DNA of 64,000 nucleotides from Sphagnum compactum (lineage: Eukaryota), in the NCBI GenBank assembly GCA_965153455.1, contig OZ234494.1, forward strand, positions 11,904,001 to 11,968,000. The letters run 5' to 3'. The notes under the pieces are model-generated. The model saw only the letters and a program-made list of their open reading frames with translations, was not told the DNA's origin and did not search any database. The translations under genes and the position numbers were made by a program. This document shows positions 22,431-34,769 of the stretch, in pieces (the stretch's first letter is position 1; each line of letters opens with the position of its first letter).

Positions 22431-24100
22431 CACTATGACAAAAAAGGGTGTTTTGCAATTGGGCTTGCAACTTAGTTTTTGAATTGTAATATTCATTTGC
22501 AACTCATTGTATTTCTACACCCATGAATGTTACTAAACAAGTTGCATGAATTGTAAAAGATGCAACTCACTATATATACAATCATACATTAGTGCAATTC
22601 ATTGCAACTCAATTGTAGTTCTATCGCAACAACTCATTTTCAACAACTATGGAATTCATTTACAACTACAACCATAATGTCATGTTGATATCACATTTCA
22701 TCCATTCATCAAAATCTAACATGTGGCACTATGAACATTTTTGGGTGAATTTATTTTTAAAATATTGATGTTCATTATCCATTATAATTGTTGATTTTAG
22801 ATGGTTTTAGATTATGACACATGGCACAACCAAAAGTTGCCATGTGGCATATTGATTGAATTTTAGAAGTAAATAAATATTTATTTATTTATTTAAATAT
22901 TTAAGTAGGTTGGTATATACATAGGTAGGTAAGTTTGAAGGTCCTACATGCCAACTTACCTACTTACCTACCTACTTACCTACCTAGGTAAAAACGTAGG
23001 TGAACTAAAAAATAACCACATTATTTATTTACTTTTATTTTTTGTCTTGCTTTTAAGATTAAGCTTTTATAAATTCATCCAAAAATGGCACATGTATTTT
23101 AATGTGAGAATACAAAAGAACACACCTCTATATAGTTTGTGAAATGAAATATTAAGGACAAAACATATGGGTTGAAGTTTTTAGTTATAGCTTCATTACA
23201 ATTGAATTCCAATTAAAGAAACATTTTTTTCACATACTTTGTGTTTGATTTTAATTTTGTAAATTATACAACTAAAGATATGCTTAGTCTATAATTTATA
23301 TGTGTGAATTAATTATCACATAATTAATTATTTGAAGACAATAATATGAATTATTTTAATTATATTTTAAAATTTAAATCAATAATTATCAAAAATAATT
23401 ATGAAATAATTAATTATAAAACTAAGTATTAGATAATAAACTATAAAAAATAAATATCAAATAATTAATTATCAAAAGAAATATCAAGTAATTAATTATC
23501 AAAATAAATATTTTGATAATTGATGATCTAAATTCAAATAAAATTCAATAATTATTCACTTAGATTAATAATATTTATTATTAAAATTATTTTAATTAAT
23601 TAATCAAATGTAAATAATTAGTTAGTTAATGAATTTAGATTATTAGTTATTGGATAATTCATCGTCCAATTTTAGATATTTATTTATTTATTATCTAAAT
23701 TAACTAAAAAAATAATTATTCAAATTATATTTAATGAATTCATATGAATATTTATTTTTTATTTTTAATTAATTAGTTCGTAATTATTAAGTATATTAAT
23801 TATTAAATTACTAAATAATAATTCATTGTGAAATATTAAACTAAACATGAATTTGAAGAGAAGACATGGAGGTATATACGAACATATCCATATGTACACC
23901 CTTCATGAAATTTTATGGTTTGATATGTATGAATGCCAACATGATATTGTGACTTACAATGTAATGAAATATATCTAATACGACAATTGAGCACCGATCA
24001 GAAAAAATAGGACTATAGTATTTATGTAGTGTGAACCTATTGGCACAACTAATTGTACCAATGGGAATTATAGTTGAAATTAGTTACAAGCAAGTTGAAA
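22431..24100. mobile_element. Non-autonomous CACTA-like element A (AT-rich)
   Basis: Starts CACTATGACAAA. Its left subterminal GTGTTTTGCAATTGGGCTTGCAACTTAGTT is mirrored in inverted form at ~24079-24103. Confidence 0.5.
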
Positions 24101-25660
24101 CACTACAAGAAATCACGACTTTTTTGACTAGGAATTTCGGTCAAAAAAGCCCCCCATATGGTTTATTTGGCCCCATGTCCAACTTGACCAAAATGCCATT
24201 TTGGACAAATCAATTTGGATTCAACCATTTTGACTAAGTCTTTTTGGTTGGTTTTTTTTACTAAACGACCGTGATAATAATATAATTTGGACAACGACCA
24301 AAAATATATATTATTTAAATTATTTTATTTAAAATTAATATGAAAATATTAATTAATTAATTACCCTGCCTACTTAATTAATAAACCTAATAATTAATGT
24401 CAAAAAATAATTTATTATTTAGCTACCAACTTATGTCCTAGGCTAAACCACCTAGCTTAACCACCTAGGCTAAATCAAGCCACTTAGGGTAGGTCAAACC
24501 CCCTAAGCTAGGTCAAGTAACCTAGGTTAAGTGGTTTAATAGCTTTTGCAACCTAGGCTACTTAATTCAATCACCTAAGTAACCAAGGTAACCTAGGTTG
24601 CAAGTGTGGGGACTTGAATTCCTCACCTCCACATTGAGAAGTCAAGTGCTTAACCATTGCATCACCACCCCATAAGGTGATTTTCTTGAAGAACATATTT
24701 GTAATGAACATGATTTTGAACCAACATATTGTAATCAACCTCCATGAATTTTTTTTCAACATGCATATTGTGTTAAATGAACTTGAATGTTTTTACACTA
24801 CTTACATAAATAGGTAGGTCATAGGTAAAATAACCTAAGTAAGTAGGAAGTGCCTATTAATAAATGCATGTACTTAGGTAACATGTAGGTTATAGTCTAT
24901 TAGGCCTTATAGGTACCTACTAAATCTATGTTTATACCTACCTAGTAGCTAGGCCTAGGTGGTTTAGGCTACTAACCTAATTAGTAGGATAGTCTATTAA
25001 TCATGTGCAAACAAATACAATCTTTGGAGCAAATTGTTTTTACTCATTATCGCCACATAAAATAATAAACGAAAAAAATGACAATGACACAATATTTGCT
25101 AGTTTGTGGCAGTTATCATTATTGTTTATTAAAAACTAACAGTTGAAATTATTACTTTGCACAATTTCTAAGGTTAATGATTTAATTAGCCCATCATTTA
25201 TGATACTAGTTTTTTCCCTAACACAACATTAACTATTGCCACCACTATGACAAGTAATTCATTTTTTGCATATGCATAATCTTTTCCCATTTAAACATTA
25301 TATACATCAACTTCCTTCAGGTCCTCATCATCTACACATTCACCACCAATGGTTCCAAGCCATCCCAATACATTATAGTTATAGTAGTTCCCCCTAAACT
25401 TCTTTGTCAACATAATTGCAAGAATTCAATTTGTTCACATTTACAATTGTTGTTTTGTATGTGGAATTACATGTTCCAATGTAGTTTCCACCACCACACC
25501 AAACAATTACTTTCATGATTATGACATTTACAACTATGTTTTAAATTTAGTCATAAAATCATGTAAACTAAGGTGTTTTACGTGGTTATTTATGATCACG
25601 ACTAGGATTGAGGTCACTTTTTTGAGTCATAATTTAGGGGTTAAACCCCATTTTTGTGTG
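24101..25660. mobile_element. Non-autonomous CACTA-like element B abutting element A
   Basis: Starts with a canonical CACTACAAGAAA and has a degenerate right end TTTTTGTGTG. ATCACGACT subterminal motifs occur near both ends. Confidence 0.55.
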
Positions 25661-26305
25661 TTAACAATTATGGTTCAACTTTTGAAAATTGTTTAATATC
25701 GAACATCGGCAAGAGGTGTAGTAGTCATCAGCAACCATATGAAACACAAGTTGAAAGGTTATTCCAACCCCAAAGACTTATCTTCAAAAAGATTCAAACC
25801 AAGCATTCATCCTAAATCAACTATTGGGGTGAGGTTGGTTTAGGGTTCTGAAACCCTAACTTCCACTTGTTGCACACATTCTCATATTGTAATTACCTAG
25901 CATGATTTAATTTTGTGTTGGGGGAGAGCACAATATTTTTTATAATATTGCCCTAGAAATGTAGGACATTTCATAAAATCCAAATGCTTGGTTGATGGAG
26001 CAATTTGCTTTTTAAGATGCCCTACCTTGTTTTTTCTCTCTTTTTTATGATACTTGACAGGTATCATGAGCAAAAGGTTACTATGTGAGAGGATAACGAC
26101 CTTAGATGAAGGCATTCCAATGGAGGTGCCTCCCTGTGCGGGACCCATCCTTTGGGAATGCCCCCATCCTCAGGCATTATCCTACACCAAATCATTACTT
26201 GGTGTTATTATTATTAATTGAGCCACAACTTAATTCTTCTACTTTTTACTTCCCTTATTGTATTATTCTAGTGCAATAAAATTTGGCAACTTTTCATCAA
26301 CTAAA

Positions 26306-26660
26306 GAGCATCTCCAGGGGTGCTCAGTATGTGACCCTGCAAAAATCTTTGTAACGTCCAAGTTCAGTTGTTTACTTTTTGGCAACCCCACACGTAAAAT
26401 TGAAACTGGGACAGCAAATAGGTGGGTGGGGGACTACTAATAGCAAACCACCTGGATGAATCATTATGATGGACCGGCCAATCAGAGACACTTATCAGAA
26501 GTCAGCTCGATAAACTCTTTTCTGCACTTCACCAGCCACCATAAACTGTGAAATTATGCACAGCCAAAACCATTTTCCCGATCGAAACCGGCATGTTTTG
26601 ACTATTCTTCATCGAATTTTACTGTGCAAGATCACATACTGAGCACCACTGGAGATGGTC
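26306..26660. mobile_element. Full-length Tourist/PIF-Harbinger-like MITE (~355 bp)
   Basis: TIRs GAGCATCTCCAGGGGTGCTCAGTATGTGA ... TCACATACTGAGCACCACTGGAGATGGTC, with TAA on the right flank. Related copies lie at ~19790-20001 and 59175-59307. Confidence 0.85.
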
Positions 26661-26984
26661 TAAAAACAACACAAAAAGGAGTTTGACCACCTTTTGCAAA
26701 GGTGATAACCCATCCATCCCTAGGCTCTCTCTGTTGGTGGCCCATACCGACTTTAGCTTCTACCGATTTTCCAGGGTTCTTTCGAATGGCACGGCTATTC
26801 GCACATGCCGCTAGTGGTTAGTTCCTACATATATTCAACGACATTGGTAGTGCTATCAGTGAAGAATATGCCATAAGGTCGAAGTCTATCTACCTAGTGA
26901 AAAATAACTTGGTGTGTGTATCTTTTCTTGGAAGCAGACAAATGGCAACATAAACTAATATAAGATTTTTTGCAAGAGGAAATG

Positions 26985-27070
26985 GTGTCGACATGTTGTG
27001 ATATTACAAGGCATCAACCCTCAGAACACGACAGACATGAAGAGAATCACTCTTACAAGGATGTCGACAT
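26985..27070. promoter_or_regulatory. Pair of zinc-deficiency response elements (ZDRE, RTGTCGACAY)
   Basis: GTGTCGACAT at 26985-26994 and ATGTCGACAT at 27061-27070, upstream of the minus-strand ZIP gene. Confidence 0.55.
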
Positions 27071-28422
27071 TCTCCTTTAGTTAAGAACTCTGATGTGGGG
27101 TTTCCAGTTTACACCTGACCTTATTAAGCCCTACACTGGAAAAGGACTTAAGAATCGATCCTTGTCAATTGACAATTTATTTGGCTCAAATGAGAGGAGA
27201 TATCTCGTGCCATGTTCTTCAGAAATCTCCAGGCCTTCACTTGGAGTTAGTACCTGTGATATGACCACTTTTGGTCTTCGTGTACTTTCAATTTACTTTG
27301 TATAACAACAATCATGGCTATTAACCTAAGGAACACGTGATTCGGGTGGTCCCAGCTTGCATCTTCCTTTGTCATTATCCCATTATAATAGAACCATGCC
27401 CAAACCACAAAGGTCCTAAGGAGTAAGTACCATGTACTCGGAAGCCTTCTCCAATCAAAATTCCAGAATTGAGTATGACAATCCAGATTCACAAGGAGTT
27501 GTTATCCCATACTCATAAAAGTATGGAGCTCAAAACTAATTTAATTTGAATAGATTAGGCTATTATATAAAATTACATTGAGGTATACATATGGGAGAGA
27601 TTGGGTCATTAAGAGTGACATATAAGAACACGGTTTTGTGTCTGTGTATGTACATAAAAAAATTAGCGGCCCTCTGAAATTAGGTAGGTGTGACAAAAAG
27701 CAAACCCAAAACCAAGTTGGGCTGATAGATTCATGTGGAAGTGGGTTGCAGATAAGAGCACCTTTCAAAATTGCTAAGGCATTCCTTTTGGGGTGAACAC
27801 TGATATTAAGGATGTAGAGTAATTTCTCTTGTTGAGAGGCTTAGGAAAGAACTCAAGTACTCATGATCATAAGGACTAGGGCTGACCTTTGGGACCTTTG
27901 GGCAAGGAGTTTGTTGGATGGGAAACAACAAGAAATAGATTTGGTTTCAACGACAATGAAGAATGCACTTGGCAAAGAATGATAGATAATAGAGTTTTCC
28001 ATTAAATCACCATGTCTTTCACCCTGTCTTTGTCACCCCCAAACCTCTCTTTCAGTGGCGTCCGCAAAGTAAGAAAACTTTATTAAGTCTGGGTATAAAC
28101 TCAGCATTTAATGCACAGGGTTCGAGAGTAATTGTAGTAGCTGTACTAGTTGGTAAACCCATTTTGCTTGCAAAATGATCAGGAGAAAAGATTGAAAGGA
28201 CCTTGAGAACTGTTTAGTTAATAGTTTTAAGTTGGGACAATTTTCATTCAATGGGACAGTAAGAATTTAGGAAGCATTCTATTTTCAACAGCCACACGTC
28301 ATGAACATAGCTTGCGTTGCAATCATTTTTGCATCCAATGCAGGGAATTTCAACCCATGATTTGGATGTGGGAATTTCGACCCATCGAGACAGAAAAGTA
28401 GGCAATAGATAGAGAAGAAAGA

Positions 28423-31400
28423 TCATTGCAACAATTCTGTATAAACAACATTGGTCGTCGTCCTGCCATTCGGGCAAAAAACAAAGACGTCATTCACACG
28501 CGTAGCTCGTGACAGAGCTACATACAATTGGCCATGGGTGAAGACAGGTTCAGGCAAGAAAATGCCAACGATTTTCATGGTCTGACCTTGCGCCTTGTTA
28601 ATTGTCATAGCGAATGCCAATTGCAAGGGGAATTGGCGCCTTTGTAGGGTGAATGACCACTTCAAACGATTTGTTGTTGTGGTGATGCGCGGTATGTTGA
28701 CAATATTCCCCACATGCGCGCCACCAATGATCTGTGCAACGATCAATCTTCGTGCCAAGCGCGAAATGATTAGACGGGTCCCATTACAAAGTCCTGAGGT
28801 CGCATCGAGATTTCTTAGTAAGATAACAGGGACACCAACTTTGAGGGCCAGGCGATGTGGTGGCATACCTGCCAAAGTAATGGTGTTGAGAAATTCTGTG
28901 CCAATCGCCATAGCCTGGTCATCCCCCGTTTCCACCAAGTCTGCCGACAAAAATATGTGCTCTTGCCCAGGCACAGCCTCGACAATCTGAGTGTTGAGAG
29001 AGTTCACGACTGTATTTTTTGTTGTCAAAATAGCTCGACCGTCTATGTATCCTTGGTTTGCGTAATTGATTGCCAAGGCCGGGAAAACAGCGTGGATGAG
29101 GGTCTCTAAAGATGGCGCTTGATGGATTTCTGGGTTTAAGGCAATCTTGACTCCAATTGAGGGCTCCACGTCGGCTTCCGGTGGAAAATGATCAATGATG
29201 GAAGATTCTTGGCCATTGCCGACTCTCAGAAGGTACTCAGCATACGGCTTGGAGAGGGGATTTGCGCGCAATCTCATGTTTTCCGTGAGAGTCAAGATGC
29301 GCACTTGACGCCACAAAACCGAACGCAAAAGGGCCGCAGAAACGATTGTTGCCCGAGAGCCTCTGGACACCACTGGCGGACATTGTCGAAAATCACCCCC
29401 AAAAACAACCACTTTACTGCCAAAGGTTGAATCTGGGCACCGCATGATGTCGTGCAAAGTCCGGTCTACCGCCTCGGCACAATGTCGATGTTGTGCTGGA
29501 GCTTCATCCCAAACGATCAACTTTGCTTCCAGGAGTAGCTCAACAGAATCGCTTTGCACAGGTATCGAACACATTGAATCCCTACCAAGGGTGATTGGGA
29601 TCTTGAAAACCGAATGTGCGGTTCGTCCACCTTCCAATAGGAGAGCTGTTATGCCAGAAGAGGCAACCCCAATGGCGACATGTCCGTCTCGTCGAACCAA
29701 TGCCAATAACACTTTATATACAAAGGTTTTGCCTGACCCACCTGGACCGTCTAGGAAAAATACTGCACCTTCGCCTTGGGCTATTGCGTTGAACACTGTA
29801 GTGACAGCTATTTCCTAACAAATGTTGAGCCGCGGGAGATTTTGGTTGATGTAGCCATGGAGTACGTCTCTATCGTAGTCAAGTTCTGCAGCCAATTCAG
29901 GATTAACACGCAGCATTTTTACAGGCGGCAAAGCGAGCGGCATTTCCGGAAAGTCATGCAAGACTTTGTTCGTCAACGCTAATTTGAACTCAAGGAGTAG
30001 TAGGGTATCGTTGTAGGCATCGTCAGCAGTGCCTCCATTCGTGATGCGTCGATGCCACATATCGTGCGACATATCGTCTCGATATCTTTCCCATAACACT
30101 TTCGGATTCAAAGGAGAACAGAATAGTAAGAAAGTCACAAAGAGATTCCTTAGCCTCTTTGCGTCTTGATCGATACATGCTTCTCGCATGCACGTGTCCC
30201 ATTCTGTGTCATCCTGTAGTAATCCCAATCTTTGCAAGCAGCTTGAAACGTCGGATGCTCTATGTCGTCAACAGTCCGGAGATGTTCGAAAAAGGTCGCG
30301 CCCGGTACGACAGTAAGTAGGAGGCGGAGGAAGAAGCGTTCACCAGCAGCGGGATGTACAAAATACATTCGCCCAACAGCTTTTTCTCCTCGCTGTCGAG
30401 CTGACCAAACTTTTTCTCGACTTTTCCAAACATGATCAACAGGGAAGTCCGCATACACCACGTTCCGCCCATCCGCATTTTGAGCGTTATACGCAAAGTA
30501 GGCGGTCAAGGTGGTTTTTTGGTGGGCAGCACACTCCGCCACAGCGGCCAAATCTTCATTTTCATTAAAAATGACGTTGTGCTGTCCTGGCAAATGAACA
30601 ACTAATCGAGTGACTGGCGGCCATTCCATATGTTTTTTGAATGAAAGTAAGGAATCGACCCCTTCAGCAGCGCTCAAATATTTGGCGTCAATGTATTGCT
30701 GGATTTCGTTTATTGGACCGGCAATCACCGCTGCAACACGATCAGGATCTTTGTAAACGTATTTAAAAAGGTATTTGACACTCCGAATATCGGCGGACAC
30801 CTCGACGTTAATATGTGCATTAAACATCTTGGTAAGGTAGGGGTTGTGGGGCACCACCCATCGGTTGTCGTACGCAAAGCCATCTGGAGTCTTTTGAAAC
30901 GTTCGACCATCGTTTCGCCGACGGTAGACAGGGTAACTGTCTTCGCCTTGTGTTGTCTCCTCGGAGAAAGCTCGCGGATATCGTTTCTTGCATAAACCGT
31001 TGACCATGCAAGGTGCGTTGGGGTATTCTTGGCCACACGGTCTGTGCAACAAACATTTTGTGACCGTTTCAAAAAGAGGTGTGTTCTCTGGAAGAGGAAG
31101 CTATTCCGACACTAAGTGATCTATGTCTTCGGTTGTGGAAACTTTCTGCTCTGGAGGAAATATAAGGAGCAGATGGATTTGAGGTAGGCCTCGTTTTTGG
31201 TATTCCCTTGTCCAGATGTTCCCAATAACTTTGGCGAACCATCCAATTTTTTCCACTCCTTTAAGAAGGGCTTTCACCTTCATCTGAAATACGTGGGTGA
31301 CCAAATATGGACGGTCAGAAGGTGTTTGGTTGGGCTCGAGCTCCGCGATTATTTCTTGCCAATTCGGGTTGCAAGTGAATGTGAGGAAGACATCCGGAAT

Positions 31401-32900
31401 TCCTTTGCTTCGCACAATAGCCATCGCATCTTGATACGCTTACATCATGAAACATGGAGAACCGTGAAATGAAGCTGGGAGAACAATTCGCTAACCCACT
31501 TGCGCAAGATGTAATTGGAAATCATGTTCGACCATATCTGCTAACCCTTGGTAGAGTTTCGCACGAAGTTGAGCTTGGTTTAGCACCAAAAAGTTAAGAG
31601 TGTTCTGCTCTGTCTTAGCAGCAACGTCGACGATATACTGTTGAAAATGGCGACCACCGAGATGTAGAGCGGAGAGTTCGCCACTAAAGTGCACTCTTTG
31701 TGCGTAATAAGCCGCCATTGAGACCCTTGTGCGTGCTCCGTCCTGATTGTTCTGTAGCCGCAGATTTTGAGACCACCCGTCCTCCCCAACAAAGGAAAAG
31801 CAACGGGTATTGTAAAGGATCGTAAGAAGGTGCTAGCTCGTTCATCCGTTGTAAACCACCTCCATATCGCCGTTGTACAATGACATCGCGATTTCCAACC
31901 TCTCCCGGCTCGCCAAGAATTATCATTGCAACCTCGTTTGCCGTAGGGGCGTTGTAACGGTGGACATCTCCATTTCCCAGGGTACGGCCAGCTGTAATGC
32001 AAATGTGGACCTCCTCTGTAGGGTTTGCGGCGAGACGGTTAGCTGCACGAACGAAGACATTTACATAAGGATTTACGTGCCCGAGGATCGTGCGAAATGT
32101 CATCAAATGCGCCGAGCTTAGATTGGGGTTCTGCATCTGCCGATTCGGACCTTCATTTACCGCATCATGCACATAGGCCTGAAGAAAGCATGGCAATTGC
32201 CCTTCTGCAAGTTCCATACCACCAATCAAGTGGTAGAATCCTCCTTGCACTTTGTAGGTATGCACTCCTAGTCCAAGCTCGAAGCCCACACTCTGGACCC
32301 TTGTGGACGTAAATGCAATTGCAGCATTGTATAAACGAAGATGTTTACGCAATTCGGCATTTTGTCAATCTTGTAACATGGCCATGTATTCTGGCGGGGT
32401 ACGAATAGGAGGCAAAAGAATTTTCCCTGCAGCACAACATTTACTATAGTGTGGTCTTCGAAGAGAGCCCCCCGTGCGCTCTTCGATCCAGAAGCGAGAG
32501 CCACAATGGTTGCATTGTTCATTCAAACGTCTGAACACTTGTCGGTCTACTTGCGGGTCGGCCAAGGGGTACCGCAAATCTCGTAGGGCCATGTGGTGTC
32601 CAACCTGAAGTTGATCCTTTGCGCACGCGACGCGATGTTGTTCAGTGCATCGCGCAACATCTATCATTAGTTGGGTTTGACGGCCCTGTTCTGTTTCAAG
32701 AGCATGCGCTCTCGTGTGTTGTTCCGTGTTTTCCAATAATCGATGAGCAATATTAGCCATACACTGTGCTTCCTCATGTTGGGCCCCATTAGACGCAGCC
32801 CTTTCGAGAGCTACTGTAGCACGACGAAGTCTTTGACGTTCTCGAGTAGCTACTCGCCTTTCTTCATCATTTGCATATTTGCATGACGCTCCAGGGCCTC
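28423..32900 (-). pseudogene. Helitron RepHel (HUH Rep plus PIF1-family helicase), disrupted by stops and frameshifts
   Basis: Zinc finger CNHCGSRFWIEE..CC; Rep motifs PDVFLTFTCNPNW, EYQKRGLPQIHLL and KYLFKYVYK; YDNRWVVPHNPYL; ERFFLRLLL; helicase GPGGSGKT, LIVWDEAP, FGGDFRQCPPV, LCNGTRL, FAMTINKAQGQT, HGQLYVALSRA. Split over about 8 ORF pieces. Confidence 0.96.
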
Positions 32901-33114
32901 GTCTACGATTCTTTCAGTCGGAAGCAAAATGGAATCAGGCTCTAAAAACACAATAACATAACTTCATATTTAACTACCATTACGACAGGCGCAAGTCTAA
33001 CCTTGGGGTCAACATATCCACGAGCAATGTATCTGTATTCTCTGTATCATATGAGGCACTAACCCACCAGAAACACCACACATGGAAGAGCCAAAAGGAG
33101 TGAGGAAAAGGTAC

Positions 33115-33242
33115 CTCTTCCATGACAGTATTTGCAACGCTTGTGCTCCTGTTGATTCACATTATTCAACTCTACAACCATGAATGACGTGATGACTCCC
33201 ATAGCTCCTCCAAAAATTGATGCCACAAGTGGGTCAACTTCA
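33115..33242 (-). pseudogene. ORANGE (OR, DnaJ-like zinc-finger chaperone) single-exon fragment, copy 1
   Basis: EVDPLVASIFGGAMGVITSFMVVELNNVNQQEHKRCKYCHGRG matches the recalled OR segment QVDPIVASFSGGAVGVISALMVVEVNNVKQQEHKRCKYCLGTG. The 128 bp exon keeps its AG acceptor and GT donor. Confidence 0.88.
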
Positions 33243-33611
33243 CTGCAACCCCCCACCTAACAATCTCAAGTTTAGGAGCACATACACCCAACCAAGATGC
33301 TCAACCACACCCACGTTCAAGAGGACATGATCCTCAAGTGACCTAGATCTAGCACATCGAGCACATGCCAAGTACCCTACATGGTTTCCAATTGCCAAAT
33401 AGAATCATGAATTGGTGTTAAGTTTCCAACAAACAGAATGAATCTTTTGATTATCAAATAGAATATGTATCTATATTCTCTATGTCATTTGAGTATCAGG
33501 CAGCCCTTTCCTAGTTAAACAAAACCAATTTAGTTTTAAAGAATCATATGAAGCACTAACCCACCAGAAACACCACACATGGAAGAGCCAAAAGGAATGA
33601 AGAAGAAGTAC

Positions 33612-33739
33612 TTGTGCCATGACGGTATTTGTAGCGCTTGTGCTCTTGTTGTTTCACATTGTTCAACTCTACAACCATGAGTGACGTGATGACTCCCACA
33701 GCTCCTCTAGAAAATGATGCCACAATTGGGTCAACTTCA
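33612..33739 (-). pseudogene. ORANGE exon fragment, copy 2 (tandem duplicate including flanking intron)
   Basis: EVDPIVASFSRGAVGVITSLMVVELNNVKQQEHKRYKYRHGT; a 128 bp exon. Segment 33543-33780 duplicates 33045-33283. Confidence 0.88.
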
Positions 33740-33918
33740 CTGCAACCCCCCACCTAGCAATCTCAAGTTTAGGAGCGCATACAACCTCCTAAGTCAAGAC
33801 TTCACTGCTAGATAACCATCAAAACGACTCCTTGCTGGTCCTACTTTGTTGTTTTCTTCATGGAAATGAAAGGTTTGGAGGATAAACCTCAAAATGGTCC
33901 AAAATCAAAAAACTATTC

Positions 33919-34071
33919 TTATTGGGCCAAGTGGGCAAATGTGTCATTCATTGGAAGTCGCACAGTACCCCTTGCATACGGCCCACAATGGCACTCCTCT
34001 AGTGCTGCAAGAAGAAGGCCATCAACTTCAGATCCAAACAAAAGCCAGTCACCTGGCCTGTACTTAACATC
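33919..34071 (-). pseudogene. Exon fragment of a SpoU/TrmL-type tRNA 2'-O-methyltransferase
   Basis: After acceptor TGCAG it reads DVKYRPGDWLLFGSEVDGLLLAALEECHCGPYARGTVRLPMNDTF, with SPOUT motifs D.L.FG.E..GL and VRLPM. It is truncated before the SLNLS motif. Confidence 0.8.
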
Positions 34072-34699
34072 CTGCACCCACTCAACCCTTCATCCTAACT
34101 TCAAAAAATATCCCAGACAACACAAACCTTGCATCACATATTTCATCATGCTGGATTTCCGTCATTGGAACACTGTCCATGGTTAGAAGACTTATTCACC
34201 TTTCAAGTGTTCAACACACTCATTGATTAGTCTAGCCTTTAACCCCATTCTTTGAAGGAGAATCAAAAGTCAAAGTCTTTTAGAGTGCATATCTAGCTTC
34301 AGAAATCTATAACTTTCTGAAGATTCTATCTCCTTTCACCAGAAAAGATTCAGTGCTAAAATCATGTCATCTATCATTTGCTGGTACAATGCTTGCAGAA
34401 TAGGTGGAAGGGAAACAAACCGTGTGAACATGTTTGCCATGTTTTGTGAATGCAAGCAGTCTCTTCTCCCCCTCCTACAATTGCACCACAATCTATGATT
34501 GTCAAACAAACATAACTACATTCAATTAACACTACATGATCAATCATCAATGATAAAATTCAGGCAACTGATTACACCATCAGAATGTCCAATGAGAGGC
34601 TGCAAACCTGCTGCTGAAAATATGCAAAGAAGTCAGTCCAGGAGCTATGCACTTTCACCGCCACATATCTACCCACCTTGATCTTGAGCATGAAAACTC

Positions 34700-34769
34700 C
34701 ATCTCATTCATGCTTACCGTCTCATCACTACCAATATTCAGTGGCTCCTGGAAGTCTGATTTTGTCAAC
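34700..34769 (-). pseudogene. Exon fragment of GDP-mannose 3,5-epimerase (GME)
   Basis: After acceptor TTTGTAG it reads LTKSDFQEPLNIGSDETVSMNEM, matching the recalled GME segment LTKSDFREPVNIGSDEMVSMNEM. Homology then stops abruptly. Confidence 0.85.

Noticed and set aside
27093-28000. Gene or LINE ORF from short ORFs
   Set aside because: No motif that I can support; possibly a very old retroelement relic.
28423-29796. Host PIF1 helicase gene
   Set aside because: It is intronless, continuous with Helitron Rep motifs, and followed by a Helitron 3' terminus.
28595-29818. Plus-strand ORFs over the helicase
   Set aside because: Antisense shadows of the Helitron helicase frame.
33059-33753. Functional ORANGE gene or tandem small genes
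   Set aside because: Only one exon is present (twice), with no other OR exons. The ORF-track starts are GTG codons in intron sequence.
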